Shown piece after piece: positions 1 through 10,304 of a DNA stretch of 64,000 nucleotides (the first letter of the stretch is position 1; each line of letters begins with the position of its first letter). The notes under the pieces were generated by a model. It was not told where the DNA came from, made no database searches, and was given only the letters and a program-made list of their open reading frames with translations. Made by a program: the position numbers and the translations under genes. Source of the stretch: an uncultured Nitrososphaerales archaeon (GTDB lineage: Archaea > Thermoproteota > Nitrososphaeria > Nitrososphaerales > Gagatemarchaeaceae); assembly GCA_963706445.1 (NCBI GenBank), contig OY970160.1:1088001-1152000 (forward strand), read 5' to 3'.

Positions 1-1
1 C

Positions 2-721
<720 letters not shown>

Positions 722-863
722 CTAATCAGGTTCCACTCTGAGCTAATTGCTTACCGGGCCGGAACCCACGATTCAAAGGAGGCAGATTTGCAGATTATGG
801 TGGTCAAATCTCGACGGGCCCGCTTGACACTATGTGCAAGTAGTTGAATCCCCACCCCACATG

Positions 864-888
864 TTGGGTGAGAGTCCCACCCCCCGCA
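864..888 (+). other. degenerate 3' fragment of tRNA-Leu (putative att site)
   Basis: TTGGG-TGAGAGT-CCCAC-CCCCCGC-A matches the T-arm, acceptor 3' strand and discriminator of archaeal tRNA-Leu (GTGGG-TTCGAGT-CCCAC-CCCCCGC-A); no 5' half present. Confidence 0.6.
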
Positions 889-942
889 TATCGATTTCGT
901 CAGACCTTTGCTTAGGAATCTCAGTCGAGTTTTCCTTTGAAA

Positions 943-1488
943 TCAGTTCGTGGAAATGGCCGGAGGCGGGGTCTTGGCTGTTTCCTCATCCTCAGGTCCC
1001 TCGTCGTCGTTCCAAAGGGAATTCTTTCCAAAGAAAAGGAGGTAGCTTATCACGACGAAGTCGACCAGAATGGCCGCATGCATTATCGTGCAATACACGC
1101 AGATGGCGTGCAGCAGGAAGAGCTCTACAAATATGAGGTACGGGACTATGGCCACCCCAAGGAAGCGCCAAGCGAACAGGACGTTGGTCGTGGTCCTGGC
1201 TGCCCTTTCAGGACCGAAGGCAATTATGAACACCATGGAGACGTTGACGAGGAAGTAGACCAGTGCGAGAACCTCCAGCGGGATGCCGAACACCTTGCTG
1301 TAGGAGCTCGACAGGACCTCTCCGCAGTCAAGCCGGATGTTGAATCCAAAGATGTTATAATTTCCCGTAGGGCAAAGCGGCAATTGCTGGCCAAGCGTGT
1401 AGAAGATGACCAGGACCGTCGAAGACGCCCATATACCGACGGCGGACATCGCCAGCAGAATGATGAGCTTCAGCTTCGAGATTCTCAA
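943..1488 (-). CDS. vitamin K epoxide reductase (VKOR) family protein
   Basis: Loop Cys pair (LCP...DCGEVLSSSYSKVFGIP), TM helices, active-site CVYC. Confidence 0.9.
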   Translation of the reverse strand: MRISKLKLIILLAMSAVGIWASSTVLVIFYTLGQQLPLCPTGNYNIFGFNIRLDCGEVLSSSYSKVFGIPLEVLALVYFLVNVSMVFIIAFGPERAARTTTNVLFAWRFLGVAIVPYLIFVELFLLHAICVYCTIMHAAILVDFVVISYLLFFGKNSLWNDDEGPEDEETAKTPPPAISTN

Positions 1489-1552
1489 CTAGCTCGCCTT
1501 TGGTTCCACGATGATCGCCACGCCCCGGAGGCAGGTCATGTTAGACGTCCGC

Positions 1553-2449
1553 TCAACCAAACCGCTTCGCGGAAGGGGGCCCGGACGGGGTCTGCACCAG
1601 AATGGGAGAGGTGGCCTGAGAAAGCACAGACAATGCACCATAGGTCGGTCCGGCAATGGCCGAAGTGGCTGAGCCTATGGGGGGCGCAGAGCAGACGGCG
1701 GCCGGCGAACCAGACGTTGCTTTGCAAATGACGGCCGTAATCATGTTTGCCGCTTGACGGATCTGTAGCCCTGTGCTGTCTGATGTCGATATTTCATTCA
1801 GGATGCTTGTCCAGTTCCCTCCCGTCAATATGTCGGGGAAGGCGAGAAGGGAGACCTTGATGACGTACGTGTTACCCATGTTCACAAAAGGAAAGCCGTT
1901 CCCAAATGTCGTCCATACCGAAGAGTAGTTGGCTGGGACCGTCTGGAGAGCGTTTCCCGCCCTGTCCTCAGCCTCGAAGGCCTTGAAGACGATGTAGTTG
2001 CTGGAATAGCTGCTCCCGACGAAGGTGAAAGTCGCGTAGTCCCCCTCGTCGTTGGCTGCAGTCATATAATGGAGGTTCGTAAAGTTGCCGAAGCGGTTCA
2101 ACGCCATTATGAGAGCCCACCGCTCGACGGCGCAGTACGGGCAGAATTCGCCGCCCACGAACACCAACTCTGGCTTCCCGTTGGAGACGTAGGGCGACTG
2201 AGCATAATTGTCGACGTCACTCTGCATGGTGGAGGACGGAGCCGGCCCGTACGGCTGACGGCTCACGCTCTGCAGCCCGGCCATTACGGTCGAAGAAATG
2301 GGTACGTTGTCGTACTTGTCCAGGACAGAACCCCCGGAGGCCGTTGAGACGAAGTAGACCCCGACGGCTATGGAGGCGGCGATTATCGCGACTGTCACGT
2401 AGATGGTAATCCTGCGGGTCCTGTCCTTCTTCTTCTGGCGTGCACGCAT
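1553..2449 (-). CDS. DUF929 family membrane-anchored thioredoxin-like protein
   Basis: N-terminal TM; GGEFCPYCAVERW.L..AL.RFG.F motif; C-terminal IC...P..VC. Confidence 0.8.
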   Translation of the reverse strand: MRARQKKKDRTRRITIYVTVAIIAASIAVGVYFVSTASGGSVLDKYDNVPISSTVMAGLQSVSRQPYGPAPSSTMQSDVDNYAQSPYVSNGKPELVFVGGEFCPYCAVERWALIMALNRFGNFTNLHYMTAANDEGDYATFTFVGSSYSSNYIVFKAFEAEDRAGNALQTVPANYSSVWTTFGNGFPFVNMGNTYVIKVSLLAFPDILTGGNWTSILNEISTSDSTGLQIRQAANMITAVICKATSGSPAAVCSAPPIGSATSAIAGPTYGALSVLSQATSPILVQTPSGPPSAKRFG

Positions 2450-2541
2450 CTTACGGACACCTTCCCGACGACCTATGTTTAAGCAACTCGGACGCTTTGG
2501 GAGGCAAGGCTTTTAGTCGAATCGCACGCCAGAGCCTCGTT

Positions 2542-4101
2542 TTGCTTTCTTCGGACTTCCAAGCGAGGGAATACCAGAAAAGAATCGCTGACATCGCGGC
2601 GTCAACCAACACCCTGGTGGTGCTCCCCACAGGCCTTGGGAAGACAATCGTCGCCATAATGGTCGCCGCTGAGATGCTCCGCAGGTACCCCGAATCGAAA
2701 GTGTTGGTCCTCGCCCCCACGAGACCGCTGGTGCTACAGCACCTAAGAGCGTTCGGCGCAGAATTGAAGGGACAGGAGGGTCTGATGGCGGCCCTGACGG
2801 GGACGATAGACCCTGGGGAGAGGGAACTGCTCTGGGTGAAATCGAGGTTCATCTTCGCGACCCCGCAGACGGTCTACAACGACGTCCGGTATGGGAGGGT
2901 GTCATTGCGCGATGTGGTGCTGGCCGTGTTCGACGAGGCCCACAGGAGCGTGAAGGACTACACCTACACGAAGTTGGCCACAGCCTACCGCGAAAGCGCA
3001 GAGAACCCGCGCATTCTGGGGCTGACAGCGTCCCCGGGGGCGTCCAAGGAGAAGATCAATGAGATCAAGCGGAACCTGTTCATCGAAGCAGTCGAGGCCA
3101 GGAGCGAGGAGAGCGAGGACGTCAAAGGCTACGTCGAAAAGACAAGTGTCGAGACCATAAGGGTCAAGGTCCCTGACGAATACTACGAGACAACCCTGAG
3201 AATTAGAGAACTCTACAACGACAAGGTCAAGAAGCTGCTCAACGGCGGTTTCCTGAGGAGCAATAGGGTCTCGAAGAAGGCGCTCCTCGAAGCCAGGATC
3301 GCGATCTCCGCACGATTGAGGTCGGCCCAGGCAAGCGGGGGCCAGAGGGGGTACATCTTCGGGGCGATAATGAACCAGGCCCAGGCGGTAGCGATACTCC
3401 ATGCTCTGGAGATGATAGAGACCCAGGGAGCGCCTCCTCTTCTCAGATATCTGGAGAAGATGCGCGAGAGGCCTGACAAGGGCAAAGCAATCACTTCGTT
3501 GATCCGGGACCCGAAGTGGCTCAATGTACAGGAGGAGGCTGAGAAGCTCGCGTCCATCCCTCACCCCAAGGTCGCGGTTGCCCTCGACATCGTGAAGAAG
3601 CAGTTACAAAAGAAGCCTGGCTCCAAAACCATCGTGTTCACCCAGTACAGGGACACCATAGAAGACATCGTGAGGGCGTTCGACAAGGAAGGGATCAGCG
3701 TACAGCGATTCGTCGGGCAGTCGGACAGGGAGGGGAGCAAGGGGATGGACCAGCAGTTGCAGACGAAGACCCTGGACCTGTTCCGAAAGGGGGAGTTCGC
3801 GGTCCTCGTGAGCAGTAGTATCGGGGAGGAGGGGCTCCACGTCCCCGACGTCGACCTTGTGATATTCTACGAAGCCGTCCCTTCGGAGATCCGCTACATC
3901 CAGCGGCGGGGGAGGACAGGAAGGACGACAGAAGGGAGGGTGGTCATACTCCTTGCCGAAGGGACGGTCGACGAGGCATACTACTACAGCACCCTGATGA
4001 AGGAAAGCAGGATGAAGGAATTGGTTAGGGAGACCAACCAGAAACCGACGAAGAGAAGGAGTAGGAACCCGACGCTGATGGATTTCGTGCCGGAATCCTA
4101 G
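2542..4101 (+). CDS. hef: Hef/FANCM-type SF2 helicase (no nuclease domain)
   Basis: REYQ, LPTGLGKT, FDEAHR, LTASPG, QRRGRTGR; TTG at 2542 is the likely start (ORF track starts at 2440). Confidence 0.85.
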   Translation: MLSSDFQAREYQKRIADIAASTNTLVVLPTGLGKTIVAIMVAAEMLRRYPESKVLVLAPTRPLVLQHLRAFGAELKGQEGLMAALTGTIDPGERELLWVKSRFIFATPQTVYNDVRYGRVSLRDVVLAVFDEAHRSVKDYTYTKLATAYRESAENPRILGLTASPGASKEKINEIKRNLFIEAVEARSEESEDVKGYVEKTSVETIRVKVPDEYYETTLRIRELYNDKVKKLLNGGFLRSNRVSKKALLEARIAISARLRSAQASGGQRGYIFGAIMNQAQAVAILHALEMIETQGAPPLLRYLEKMRERPDKGKAITSLIRDPKWLNVQEEAEKLASIPHPKVAVALDIVKKQLQKKPGSKTIVFTQYRDTIEDIVRAFDKEGISVQRFVGQSDREGSKGMDQQLQTKTLDLFRKGEFAVLVSSSIGEEGLHVPDVDLVIFYEAVPSEIRYIQRRGRTGRTTEGRVVILLAEGTVDEAYYYSTLMKESRMKELVRETNQKPTKRRSRNPTLMDFVPES

Positions 4102-5504
4102 GCTCTGCTGCCGACGACCGAGACCTTGATCAGGTTGGTCGTGCCCTTCATTCCGGGGGTCCCGGAGGTGACGACGATGCGCTCCCCTTTCTTCGCCAGC
4201 CCGAGTTGCTCTGCCGCCAGGTCCGCCCGTTCGAATAGCCAGTCCAAGGTCTTTGCCTGTCTGGAGACTAGGGGGACTACTCCGCGGAATAGTATCAGCC
4301 TCCTGGCGACTGCGTAGTCGGTGCAGATGGCAACGATGGGTTGCCGGGGCCTGTACATCGACACCCTTCTGGCTGTGGAACCGGTCTGCGTTGGGGCTAC
4401 TATCGCCTTGGCACCGACGTAATCGGCGAGCCTGCACGAGGCGCGTGCGATGGCCGAAGCGGTATCGCTGGTTTCCGGTTCGACCAGGGTCCTCGCGTAG
4501 GACTGCATCGACCTCTCCGTAGACCGGGATATCTTGTCGAGCATCCTGACAGCCTCCACTGGATACTTTCCGACCGTTGTCTCATCGGAGAGCATGACAG
4601 CATCAGTCCCGTCCAGGATCGCGGTAGAAACGTCAGTGACCTCTGCCCTGCTCGGGACCGGGAAGTTCACCATGCTGAGGAGCATCTGGGTGGCTACGAT
4701 CACAGGCTTGCCGGCCCCGTTGCATTTCGCTATGATCTCCTTCTGGATAGCTGGAACCGCCTCGATGGGCACCTCGATCCCCAGGTCTCCCCTGGCGACC
4801 ATGATCCCGTCTGCCTCCGAGAGGATTGAGTCGAAGTTGCGGACTGCTTCCTTCTTCTCAATCTTCGCGATCAGCAATGGACCGCCCGCAGGGAGAAGCT
4901 TCCTCACCGCCTTGACATCTGACGGACTCCTGACGAATGACAGTGCAAGGTAGTCGACTCCGTGTCGCACGCCGAACCGGATGTGGCCGAGGTCTTTGCT
5001 AGTGGGGTACTCGATCTTCAGCTTGACGCCGGGAGCATTTACCCCCTTCCCTGAGCTTAGGACCCCGCCAGCCAGCACCGTGCAGATGGCCCCTTCCTTG
5101 GTTGTCTCCTCCACTCTGATCCTGATGGTCCCGTCGGCTAGGTGAAGTAGGTCTCCCTTCTCCACAGACTTTAGCAGCTCCGGGTTGTTGATCGGGATGC
5201 GGGAGGCGTCTCCCTCCACATCAGACGAGGTCAGAAGGACCTGTGAGCCGCGGACGAGGTCGACGGCTCCGTTGACCATCTTCCCCACACGGATTTTCGG
5301 GCCGGGGAGGTCCTGCAGTAACGCAACGGTCATTGCTGCACGCCTAGCCTCCTGCCTGATGGTCCTGATCTCTTCCAGGTGGCTCGGGTGGTCGCCATGG
5401 GAGAAGTTTATCCTGAACAGGTCGACCTTGGTAACTAGCCTGCGGACGATGCGCGGGTCCCTGCTCGACGGACCGATGGTTGCGATGATCTTTGTCTTTC
5501 TCAT
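4098..5504 (-). CDS. pyk: pyruvate kinase
   Basis: RKTKIIATIGP, DLPGPKIR, IMVARGDLGIE, ATQML.SM. Confidence 0.97.
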   Translation of the reverse strand: MRKTKIIATIGPSSRDPRIVRRLVTKVDLFRINFSHGDHPSHLEEIRTIRQEARRAAMTVALLQDLPGPKIRVGKMVNGAVDLVRGSQVLLTSSDVEGDASRIPINNPELLKSVEKGDLLHLADGTIRIRVEETTKEGAICTVLAGGVLSSGKGVNAPGVKLKIEYPTSKDLGHIRFGVRHGVDYLALSFVRSPSDVKAVRKLLPAGGPLLIAKIEKKEAVRNFDSILSEADGIMVARGDLGIEVPIEAVPAIQKEIIAKCNGAGKPVIVATQMLLSMVNFPVPSRAEVTDVSTAILDGTDAVMLSDETTVGKYPVEAVRMLDKISRSTERSMQSYARTLVEPETSDTASAIARASCRLADYVGAKAIVAPTQTGSTARRVSMYRPRQPIVAICTDYAVARRLILFRGVVPLVSRQAKTLDWLFERADLAAEQLGLAKKGERIVVTSGTPGMKGTTNLIKVSVVGSRA

Positions 5505-5548
5505 GTCTGGAGGCCTCTACCTGTCTCAGGGTCGGAATAAAGCTAGAC

Positions 5549-6115
5549 CTATGGGGTGTGCTTGGGCCCCTTGGGCGACCGTTGGGCGGGGCCAGCCTCG
5601 GAGAGCTGGGAATCGATCCATTCCAACTGGTTTCCGAGCGCCAGCCGCAGCTCGCGGAGCATGGGCGTCCTCTCTTCCTCTGGCAATTCGGCCACCTTCT
5701 GCTTGAAGACCTCGCCGCCATCCTTAATGCGCCTCAACATCATTGGGACGAAGACGCTCCCCGGGAGCAATTCTGCGAAAAGCCTCCCCATCACGGGCTC
5801 CTTCCTCCCAAGCCCGGCGATCATCCGCCGCGCTTCGTCGAGGCTCCTTTTCCCCTTCGCTGTCAGCGCGTAAGTCTTGCTTACGCCCCCGCCGGACCCA
5901 CCCGACAGCTTCACAAGGCCCTCCTTGAGCAGGCCCTTCAGAAGCGGGTACAAGGTCCCCGCCCCAGGCTTCCACGCACCCTCAGTCTTCTCGTCGATGG
6001 TCTGGATGATAGAGTAACCGGTCTGCGGGCTCCGCGAAAGAAGTGTCATGATGTAGAGCCTCAGGAACCCGCGGGGGACTGTCTGCGGGTGTAGCCAATG
6101 GCGGGGGCTTACCAT
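5549..6115 (-). CDS. PadR family transcriptional regulator
   Basis: GY.I...I....GAWKPGAGTLYPLL...YALT.KG; divergent from the ABC operon. Confidence 0.9.
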   Translation of the reverse strand: MVSPRHWLHPQTVPRGFLRLYIMTLLSRSPQTGYSIIQTIDEKTEGAWKPGAGTLYPLLKGLLKEGLVKLSGGSGGGVSKTYALTAKGKRSLDEARRMIAGLGRKEPVMGRLFAELLPGSVFVPMMLRRIKDGGEVFKQKVAELPEEERTPMLRELRLALGNQLEWIDSQLSEAGPAQRSPKGPKHTP

Positions 6116-6208
6116 CTGCCATCACACTCGAACAGGTGTTATTTAAGTAGCATTAGATATCGTATTAGATAATACTTATATTCCCAATTCCTAAGGGATT
6201 AGGGAGAC

Positions 6209-7234
6209 TTGCCTGACGTCATTAACGTAGAAGACCTCGTCCTTGTCTATTCAGACGGTACGAAGGCCGTGGACGGGATTTCGTTCCAGGTCAACGAAGG
6301 GGAGTTCTTCGGGTTCCTCGGTCCGAATGGTGCAGGCAAGAGCACGACGATCAAGGTTGTCACCACGCTCCTCAAGAAGACCGCGGGGAAGGTCTCGGTC
6401 GAAGGCTTCAACATCGAGAAGGACGCGGAAAAGATCAGGAGGCTGATCGGAGTCCAAAGCCAGGAGACCGTGCTCGATCCGGACCTCACCGCCAAGGAGA
6501 ACATGATGCTTCAGGGCCACCTCCACCAGATGAGCGGGGAGGAGCTCAGGAAGCGGGTGGACGAACTCCTGGGACTCGTGGAATTGACCGACGTCGCTGA
6601 CAAGAGGGCAGGTCGCTTTTCCGGGGGGATGAAGAAGCGGCTGGATCTCGCTTCAGCATTGGTTCACAAGCCAAAGCTGCTCTTCCTTGACGAGCCTACG
6701 ACTGGGCTAGACCCCCAGTCAAGGGCCACCATCTGGGAGTACCTCACCAAGCTCAACAAAGACGAGGGGATTACGATTTTCCTGACCACGCAATACATGG
6801 AAGAGGCTGACAAGCTGTGCAAGAGGCTGTTCATCATAGATCAGGGGAAGATAGTCGCCAACGGGACGCCAGAATCGCTGAAACGCGAGGTGGGGGCCGA
6901 CTCGATCACAATGAAGCTCGAAGATGGAGGATCGTCACCTGAGACCAAGGAGAAAGCGAAACTGGTGCTCGCAGGGATTGAGGGCGTCAGCAAAATCATC
7001 GACTCAGAAGAGGGGATCACTGTCTACGCAAAGAACGCCGGGGCCACTATCGCCAGCATAGTGAGGGCCCTTGACTCGAGCAACATCCACTTGTCGTCTG
7101 TGAACTTCGCATCGCCGACCCTCGACGACGTATTTCTCCAGCACACAGGGAGGAGGATAAGGGCAGAGGAGCTGAACTCCAAGAAGACAACGTTCGCAAG
7201 GTTCGGTGCGGCAAGGAGGCCCATCAGGCAATGA
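6209..7234 (+). CDS. ABC exporter ATP-binding protein (DrrA-like)
   Basis: GPNGAGKST, FSGGM, LFLDEPTTGLDP. Confidence 0.95.
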   Translation: MPDVINVEDLVLVYSDGTKAVDGISFQVNEGEFFGFLGPNGAGKSTTIKVVTTLLKKTAGKVSVEGFNIEKDAEKIRRLIGVQSQETVLDPDLTAKENMMLQGHLHQMSGEELRKRVDELLGLVELTDVADKRAGRFSGGMKKRLDLASALVHKPKLLFLDEPTTGLDPQSRATIWEYLTKLNKDEGITIFLTTQYMEEADKLCKRLFIIDQGKIVANGTPESLKREVGADSITMKLEDGGSSPETKEKAKLVLAGIEGVSKIIDSEEGITVYAKNAGATIASIVRALDSSNIHLSSVNFASPTLDDVFLQHTGRRIRAEELNSKKTTFARFGAARRPIRQ

Positions 7235-8027
7235 GCCTAGCTTCCGACACCTGGCACCTGTTCGTCCGAGCGCTCAAGAAGGTCCTCCGCAACCCGATTC
7301 TGCTCTTCTTCTCCCTGCTCCAGCCCATCATATTCCTGGTCCTTTTCACACAACTCTTCTCAAGGTTCTCTCAGGTGCCGGGTCTCTTTCCACCGGGTAT
7401 CACCTACCTCGAATACGCGACTCCCGGTATCCTGCTGCAGAACGGATTCAGCAGCGCGCTTCAGTCAGGGACATCAATCGTCGACGAGCTCAACTCCGGG
7501 ATGCTCGAGAAGATGCTTGTCACGCCGGTAAATCGGTCGGCGATCCTGCTTGGAAGGCTCCTGTCGGACGCTTTCAGAGTGGTGGTCCAGTCCGTAATCA
7601 TCCTCGTCCTCGCGTACATCCTAGGGTTCAAAGTGGCGGCAGGGGCCGGGGGATCCTCTCGATGCTTGTAGTGATCGCCTTCTTCGGACTTGCCTGGTCC
7701 GGCATATCACTGGCGATAGGGCTGAGGACACGAAGTGCAGAGACCGTGTTCGGCATAGGCGGGTTCCTGACTTTTCCGCTTCTGTTCATGAGCGACGCCC
7801 TGGTTCCCACGTCGGCCATGCCGTCTTGGATGGCGACGGTCTCAGGGTTCAATCCGATCAGCTACGCGGTCGACGCGGTCAGGAGCGTATCGTTGCCGTC
7901 CACCTCCCTCTCCGTCCTGAGCCTCTCCTTGCCTGGAAACGTAGTCACCGCGTTGGTGTACATCGCCGGGATAGCAGTGGTAACACTCGGAGCGACTTTA
8001 TACCTGTTCAGGAAGGTCGTGAAATAG
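7231..8027 (+). pseudogene. ABC-2 permease, frameshifted at a G run (7648-7652)
   Basis: N-half is in ORF 7231..7671 and C-half in the frame ending at 8027; adding one G to GGGGG joins them as ...AAGAGGILSMLVV...; may be a sequencing error. Confidence 0.8.
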
Positions 8028-8960
8028 ATGGCACCGTCGCTGGAAGCGGTCAATGTCACGAAGAAGTTTGGAAGTTTCACAGCCGTCAATGACCTCAACC
8101 TGAAAATCACGGGCGCGAAGTGCGTAGGGTTCCTTGGGCCGAACGGGGCCGGTAAGACCACCACCATGAAGATGTTCACGGGCCTCATAACAGCCACGAA
8201 GGGAAATACCCTGATCAACGGGGTGGATGTCAGGAAGGACAAGAAGGCGGCCCTCGCTTCCTGCGCCACACTCATCGAGACGCCCGAGATCTACCCGTCC
8301 CTCACTCCGCGGGAAGCCCTTACGATGCTCTGTGAAATCAGAGGGGTGTCCAAGGAGGACAGGAACAAGAGAATCGACGAGGCGCTCGCTCAGGTGAAGA
8401 TGCAGGACTGGGAGGACAAGAAGACTGGAAGCTTCTCCAAGGGGATGAAGCAGAGGGTAAATGTCGCGTCTACCTTGCTGAGCGACCCGGAGGTCATCAT
8501 ACTCGACGAACCCTCGACCGGGTTGGACCCCAGGGGGATGAGTGAGGTCAGGGATATTGTCAAATCACTTGGCAACAGGCTAGTGTTCATGAGCTCCCAT
8601 CTGCTGGCCGAGGTGACTGAGGTGTGCCAAGAGGTTGCGCTCATAGACCACGGGAAACTGCTGGTCTACGACACGATAGACAACATCACGTCGAAGTTCG
8701 CGAGAGGGAGCGGGGAGGTCAGGATTGGTTTCGCCAGGCCCGTAGACCTTCAGACCGGGACGAAGATTTCCAACCTTGCGGGGGTCACCTCGTACAGCAG
8801 AGTCAGCGACAGGCAGATGGTCGTCAAGTTCGACCCCACAATAATCCCACAGGAGAAGCTCTTCGAGACGATAGCCGGACTAAAGGCCGGGGCCCAGACC
8901 ATCGAGTCGAGCTCAGGGCTCGAAGACGCTTACCTTAGCCTGGTAAAGGAGACGCTCTAA
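8028..8960 (+). CDS. ABC transporter ATP-binding protein
   Basis: GPNGAGKTT, FSKGM, DEPSTGLDP. Confidence 0.95.
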   Translation: MAPSLEAVNVTKKFGSFTAVNDLNLKITGAKCVGFLGPNGAGKTTTMKMFTGLITATKGNTLINGVDVRKDKKAALASCATLIETPEIYPSLTPREALTMLCEIRGVSKEDRNKRIDEALAQVKMQDWEDKKTGSFSKGMKQRVNVASTLLSDPEVIILDEPSTGLDPRGMSEVRDIVKSLGNRLVFMSSHLLAEVTEVCQEVALIDHGKLLVYDTIDNITSKFARGSGEVRIGFARPVDLQTGTKISNLAGVTSYSRVSDRQMVVKFDPTIIPQEKLFETIAGLKAGAQTIESSSGLEDAYLSLVKETL

Positions 8961-8963
8961 GCC

Positions 8964-9827
8964 ATGGAAGCGAGCGACACGCTCCACGCCCGAGTGGGGA
9001 CCCTCACCCAAATCGGGACCATCACGAAATACAACTTCCTGAACTACTTCAGGGCTCGCAGGTTCTACGTCATGCTGGCGATCATCGTCATAATCTCGGG
9101 GCTCCTGACCGGGCTTGTGGCGTATTATCAACCAGCAGCTTTTATCGGAGGAGGCCCCCTGGGATTCTACGGTGCGGGGTGGGGAAGCTTTGCTACGTTC
9201 GTTGTGGTACTCTCTGCGGCTTTCTTCGGCGGCGACGCCATATCAGGGGAGTTCCAGAACAGGACTGGATACTTTCTAGTCCCCAACCCAATCCGGAGGT
9301 CTGCCATCTACGTCGGCAAGTACCTGGCTGCCCTCGCCGCCTCTTCGATAATCCTGGGAGTATTCGCCCTCATAATGATCGGCAACGGACTGTACTACTT
9401 CCCGGGACAATTGCCATGGGAGTTCGTCCAATCGATAATGTACGCCTGGGTCTACCTTATAGCCGCACTTTCGCTCACGTTTGCCTTCAGCTCGCTCTTC
9501 AAGAGCAGCTCAATTTCGATCCTGATGAGCGTGATTCTGCTATTGTTTGTGTTCAATGTGGTTGATGAGGTGGCAACTATCGTGGCAGGCATCGAACCCT
9601 GGTTCTCGATCACCTACGGAGCGGGGATAGTCGCCGACATCCTCAACATCCCCTATCCTATGCACTTCAGCTCTGCGCCCATCTCGGCAGGCGGACCGGG
9701 ATCGAGGTTCAATATATCGACATACCACGCGGGGGTTCCCGAGGGATTGGTGATTCTCGCCATCTACTTTGTGGTTATGGCCATCTTAGGCCTGTGGCTT
9801 TTCGAGAAGAAAGAGTTCACATCCTAG
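8964..9827 (+). CDS. ABC-2 family permease
   Basis: Multiple TM helices, DAISGEFQNRTG...P..R motif, follows the ATPase. Confidence 0.9.
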   Translation: MEASDTLHARVGTLTQIGTITKYNFLNYFRARRFYVMLAIIVIISGLLTGLVAYYQPAAFIGGGPLGFYGAGWGSFATFVVVLSAAFFGGDAISGEFQNRTGYFLVPNPIRRSAIYVGKYLAALAASSIILGVFALIMIGNGLYYFPGQLPWEFVQSIMYAWVYLIAALSLTFAFSSLFKSSSISILMSVILLLFVFNVVDEVATIVAGIEPWFSITYGAGIVADILNIPYPMHFSSAPISAGGPGSRFNISTYHAGVPEGLVILAIYFVVMAILGLWLFEKKEFTS

Positions 9828-10273
9828 CCAGAGCTCGCTTCTATAGCATTCGTGATTCCCGAGAAGATATCGGCGACTTTCTTCGTAGCGAACCCCTTCA
9901 GCAGGGTGGAACCGATTCCCGCCATGACACCGGTGATTTCTGCGTCAGCCGTCCAAGTCATCGTGGTCGGGTTGTCCCCGGAAAGGTCGAACCTGCTTTC
10001 TATCTTCATGTTGCTCCCGCTGCCGGCGCCTTCGGCATTCATGGTGGCCTTGGATTGAGGGTCGGTCTTGCTCACTGTCATTTTCATCTTAATGGCGGCC
10101 GAGACCACGGCTATTCTCAGCTTGATCTTCGCCTCGAGGCTAGAGCCGTCTAGGACGTGGACGTCCTCTGCGTCGGGGAGCGTCTTCGCCAGGAAGTTCG
10201 GGTCTGTGAGGAGAGAGTAAACCTTCTCCCTTGGAGAGTTGATGGAGGTTGATCCTTCAAGGTGGAGTTGCAT
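9824..10273 (-). CDS. CoxG/SRPBCC family protein
   Basis: I.SPREKVY.LLTDP..LAK.LP pattern of CoxG. Confidence 0.8.
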   Translation of the reverse strand: MQLHLEGSTSINSPREKVYSLLTDPNFLAKTLPDAEDVHVLDGSSLEAKIKLRIAVVSAAIKMKMTVSKTDPQSKATMNAEGAGSGSNMKIESRFDLSGDNPTTMTWTADAEITGVMAGIGSTLLKGFATKKVADIFSGITNAIEASSG

Positions 10274-10304
10274 GTTTTCTCAATTCCCTCTGGTCGAGAT
10301 AAGC

